Source: Blasia pusilla (taxonomy: Eukaryota). From it: DNA of 64,000 nt. Position numbers and translations under genes: made by a program. The DNA lies in contig CM114271.1 of NCBI GenBank assembly GCA_050084515.1, positions 32,674,001 to 32,738,000 of the forward strand, read 5' to 3'. Positions 61,555 to 64,000 of the stretch are shown here, in pieces (the stretch's first letter is position 1; each line of letters begins with the position of its first letter). The notes below the pieces were generated by a model, which had not been told where the DNA came from, did not search any database, and saw only the letters and a list, made by a program, of their open reading frames with translations.

Positions 61555-64000
61555 GATGGAAACGATTAGGATTGCTATGAGCCCTTAGCCAGATCCAGGA
61601 TTTGGTTGTGATTTCCATGTTTCGCCCGGTTTCTGGTTCAGTTTACTGGTAACCCAGTTTCAAGCACTCCTTATCCCCGACATACCACTATTGTCATCTG
61701 CCTGGTTCCCATTTAAATCAAGTAGAGAATATGCAGCCCAAGCCAATGCTGTCAACCTCCCTTCCCATTGCCCTCCTGCAAGAGTTCCTACTTCATGTTT
61801 GTGCTTCTCCCTCTTCTCCCTAAACACCTGTGTGCTGAATGGAAAAATTGAGTTTTTGTGCTCTCTTAGGAGCATTGACAGAAGGGGGATTCTTTGACCC
61901 CTTCTCTAGATCCACAATGATTGAATGATGTGGAGACTTGTACAAGACAGGACTTTGTCTATGCATCACTCATTTGAGAAATGTGGCTGCCTTAAGGTTC
62001 CAACAATAAGGGCTCTTGACGAATAGAGTGCACTTAAGTGATATCCTCACACTCTACTAAGTGAATCAAAACGAGATCATGCCTGTGTTAGTGGTCTTTC
62101 TTTGTGTGGTCTTGGGTTTAGGTCAAAGATAGTGATGCCAAAATGTTTGTGTGTGTCAACTTGGTACTATGTAGTTTTCCATTTTCCTTAGGGATTACAT
62201 GTGATCATTTTGATGAAGGTAGGAGACATTAATTCTTCATGATATTTTTGTCCACTTAAGTATGACGTGAGTGCATAAAGTAGGAAGCATCCGCTTGAGT
62301 ATGATGTTTGCACGGCTAATTTGAGGGTAGATCCTGTGGCTTTCATTTGAAATTGTATCCTCGTTTCTTTAATTTCTTTCTCAATTTTCATACTAGAAGA
62401 AAATTTTCAAAATACTTGATTAATTTTGGAAGGATGTCCGTGGAAGTCATGTGGAATTGGAACCACCGACCTAGCACAAAAAACCTCGCATGATTTTGGT
62501 ACCCAAAACAAGACGATTGAGTATGATAGTAAGAGCGGAAGAAGCAAGATACCTCATGCAATGGCAACCCTATTGAACAAAAACGCACTTAGTGGATCAC
62601 GTCAGGATTCCTCATGTTCACATTCTAGAGATTCTTCACTAAATCACCCAAAAGTGGAGCACGGAATAGGCTAAAGGATTAAAAGGCATAAGACGGCATA
62701 TCAGAATTGAAAATCTTCCAACCCATTCAGTTTTAAGTATTTCGCCAGACTCAACAACCGTTCATTTTTGAAGAACTACAAATTATCGAAGTATGCTCTT
62801 TGATTGACTTCCCAATGTATGCTATCTACCCTTTTCGAACATTAATACATGATATCCCTTTGAGAATTAATCCCAATCTCTTTCACATGATGAGAATCGT
62901 CCCAACTCTTACATTTTTGTTTTTAGAATACTTCCAACGAAGATTGAATAGAACTTTTCGAACTAAGGTTCATTAGTTATCAAATTTTGAGGTGATTGAA
63001 GAAGAAATTAAGGCTTAAGGGTTCTAGATTGAAGTAGCGCGCAGATCAGGTTTAGGTTCAGACTTTATACGAGGTCTAACTATGATGCAAATTGGAGCCT
63101 ATAACCTGCTGTAGATTTACTACTTTGAAATTCTTTCTGATGAAACATCATAATTATGAAAGTTTACATTTATTACATTTTGTAGATCTGAAGAAGTGGC
63201 GAGAGCCAGCTACCTCAGGGCTCTTTCTCATCGGCGAATTGTTACCAAGTGGAGACACTAGACTACTGGACTTTATAAGCGTATGAGGGTATTCAAAGTG
63301 ACTAATCTCTGCATGCATATCTGATCTGACAAAACCGAAGATGTTTTGCCAAAAATCTATAAGTGTCCTTACAAGAGGAAAGTCTGAGTACCCTTTGAAC
63401 ACTTGACACTAAGTGTGTAGATCCACTAATCAGTGAATAGGAATATCTTCATTATTCATTATATGAACGAGTTAGTAGAAATATCCATATGGGGAAAAGT
63501 GGGAGGTAATTATTAAGTCAAACGTCGATGCAGACTAGATTCTACACGAAGATTCTAAATTAAGGTTGAGTTAGGTCTTTACATGAGTCAATTCGAGGTT
63601 TGATAACTCGGAATCATAATGGAGCACTAGAACCAGTAAGGCTATTTAGCGCCTTTCCAAAACAAATGACAAAGTTTCCTCCAGCCAAAATGGTACACGT
63701 TTCGATGGAATATAATCCTCTTGGAGCATCACACCACCCGTTATTTATACATGTCACCAAGTGTGCGGAGGTTTTGGGTACCACCCGTGATTAATCCATG
63801 TGCTTCGTCGAAATGTGGGACACAATATCGGGTGGGAACGACCGGTTTTCTCCGGTTCTCTCATGTGGGCATTCTAACGGCCTTACATGAGAGAACCCCC
63901 ACTTTAGAATGGGGTGTCAAAGACCCCTCTGTCCTGGGTAGTGGATTAATCCGGAGGTGACCCAGCAGGTCTTTCCCCGGTTGGAAATTGGGTTGGCCTT

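Overview
Eukaryotic nuclear DNA from a plant, probably a bryophyte or other early-diverging lineage (inferred from a spliced plastid dicarboxylate transporter gene and the TE types; the species cannot be identified from this window). Only one host gene is firmly identifiable: a 4-exon DiT2-type plastid glutamate/malate translocator (52847-58429, +, 596 aa). Much of 7-50 kb is degenerate transposon sequence. The most notable feature is a family of Ty3/Gypsy LTR retrotransposons whose pol region carries a compact DNMT3-like C5-cytosine DNA methyltransferase domain between protease and reverse transcriptase. Three diverged, decayed copies retain the domain (A 8090-17506 -, B 34102-~40400 - with an internal inversion, C 45046-~50262 + interrupted by a related solo LTR), and a fourth copy survives as a gag fragment (40745-41186). 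The catalytic motifs (FGG, GWPCQG, ENV, RAHR, ERxMG, LGQA) are conserved across copies, and the PC and ENV motifs differ only at synonymous sites. The LTRs share a dyad-symmetric GGTRACCT-N8-AGGTYACC site. Also present: a DDE transposase remnant, a CACTA-like terminus, a Helitron 3' end, several hairpins and inverted repeats, tandem duplications, and two weakly supported minus-strand spliced transcription units with no recognisable long ORF.
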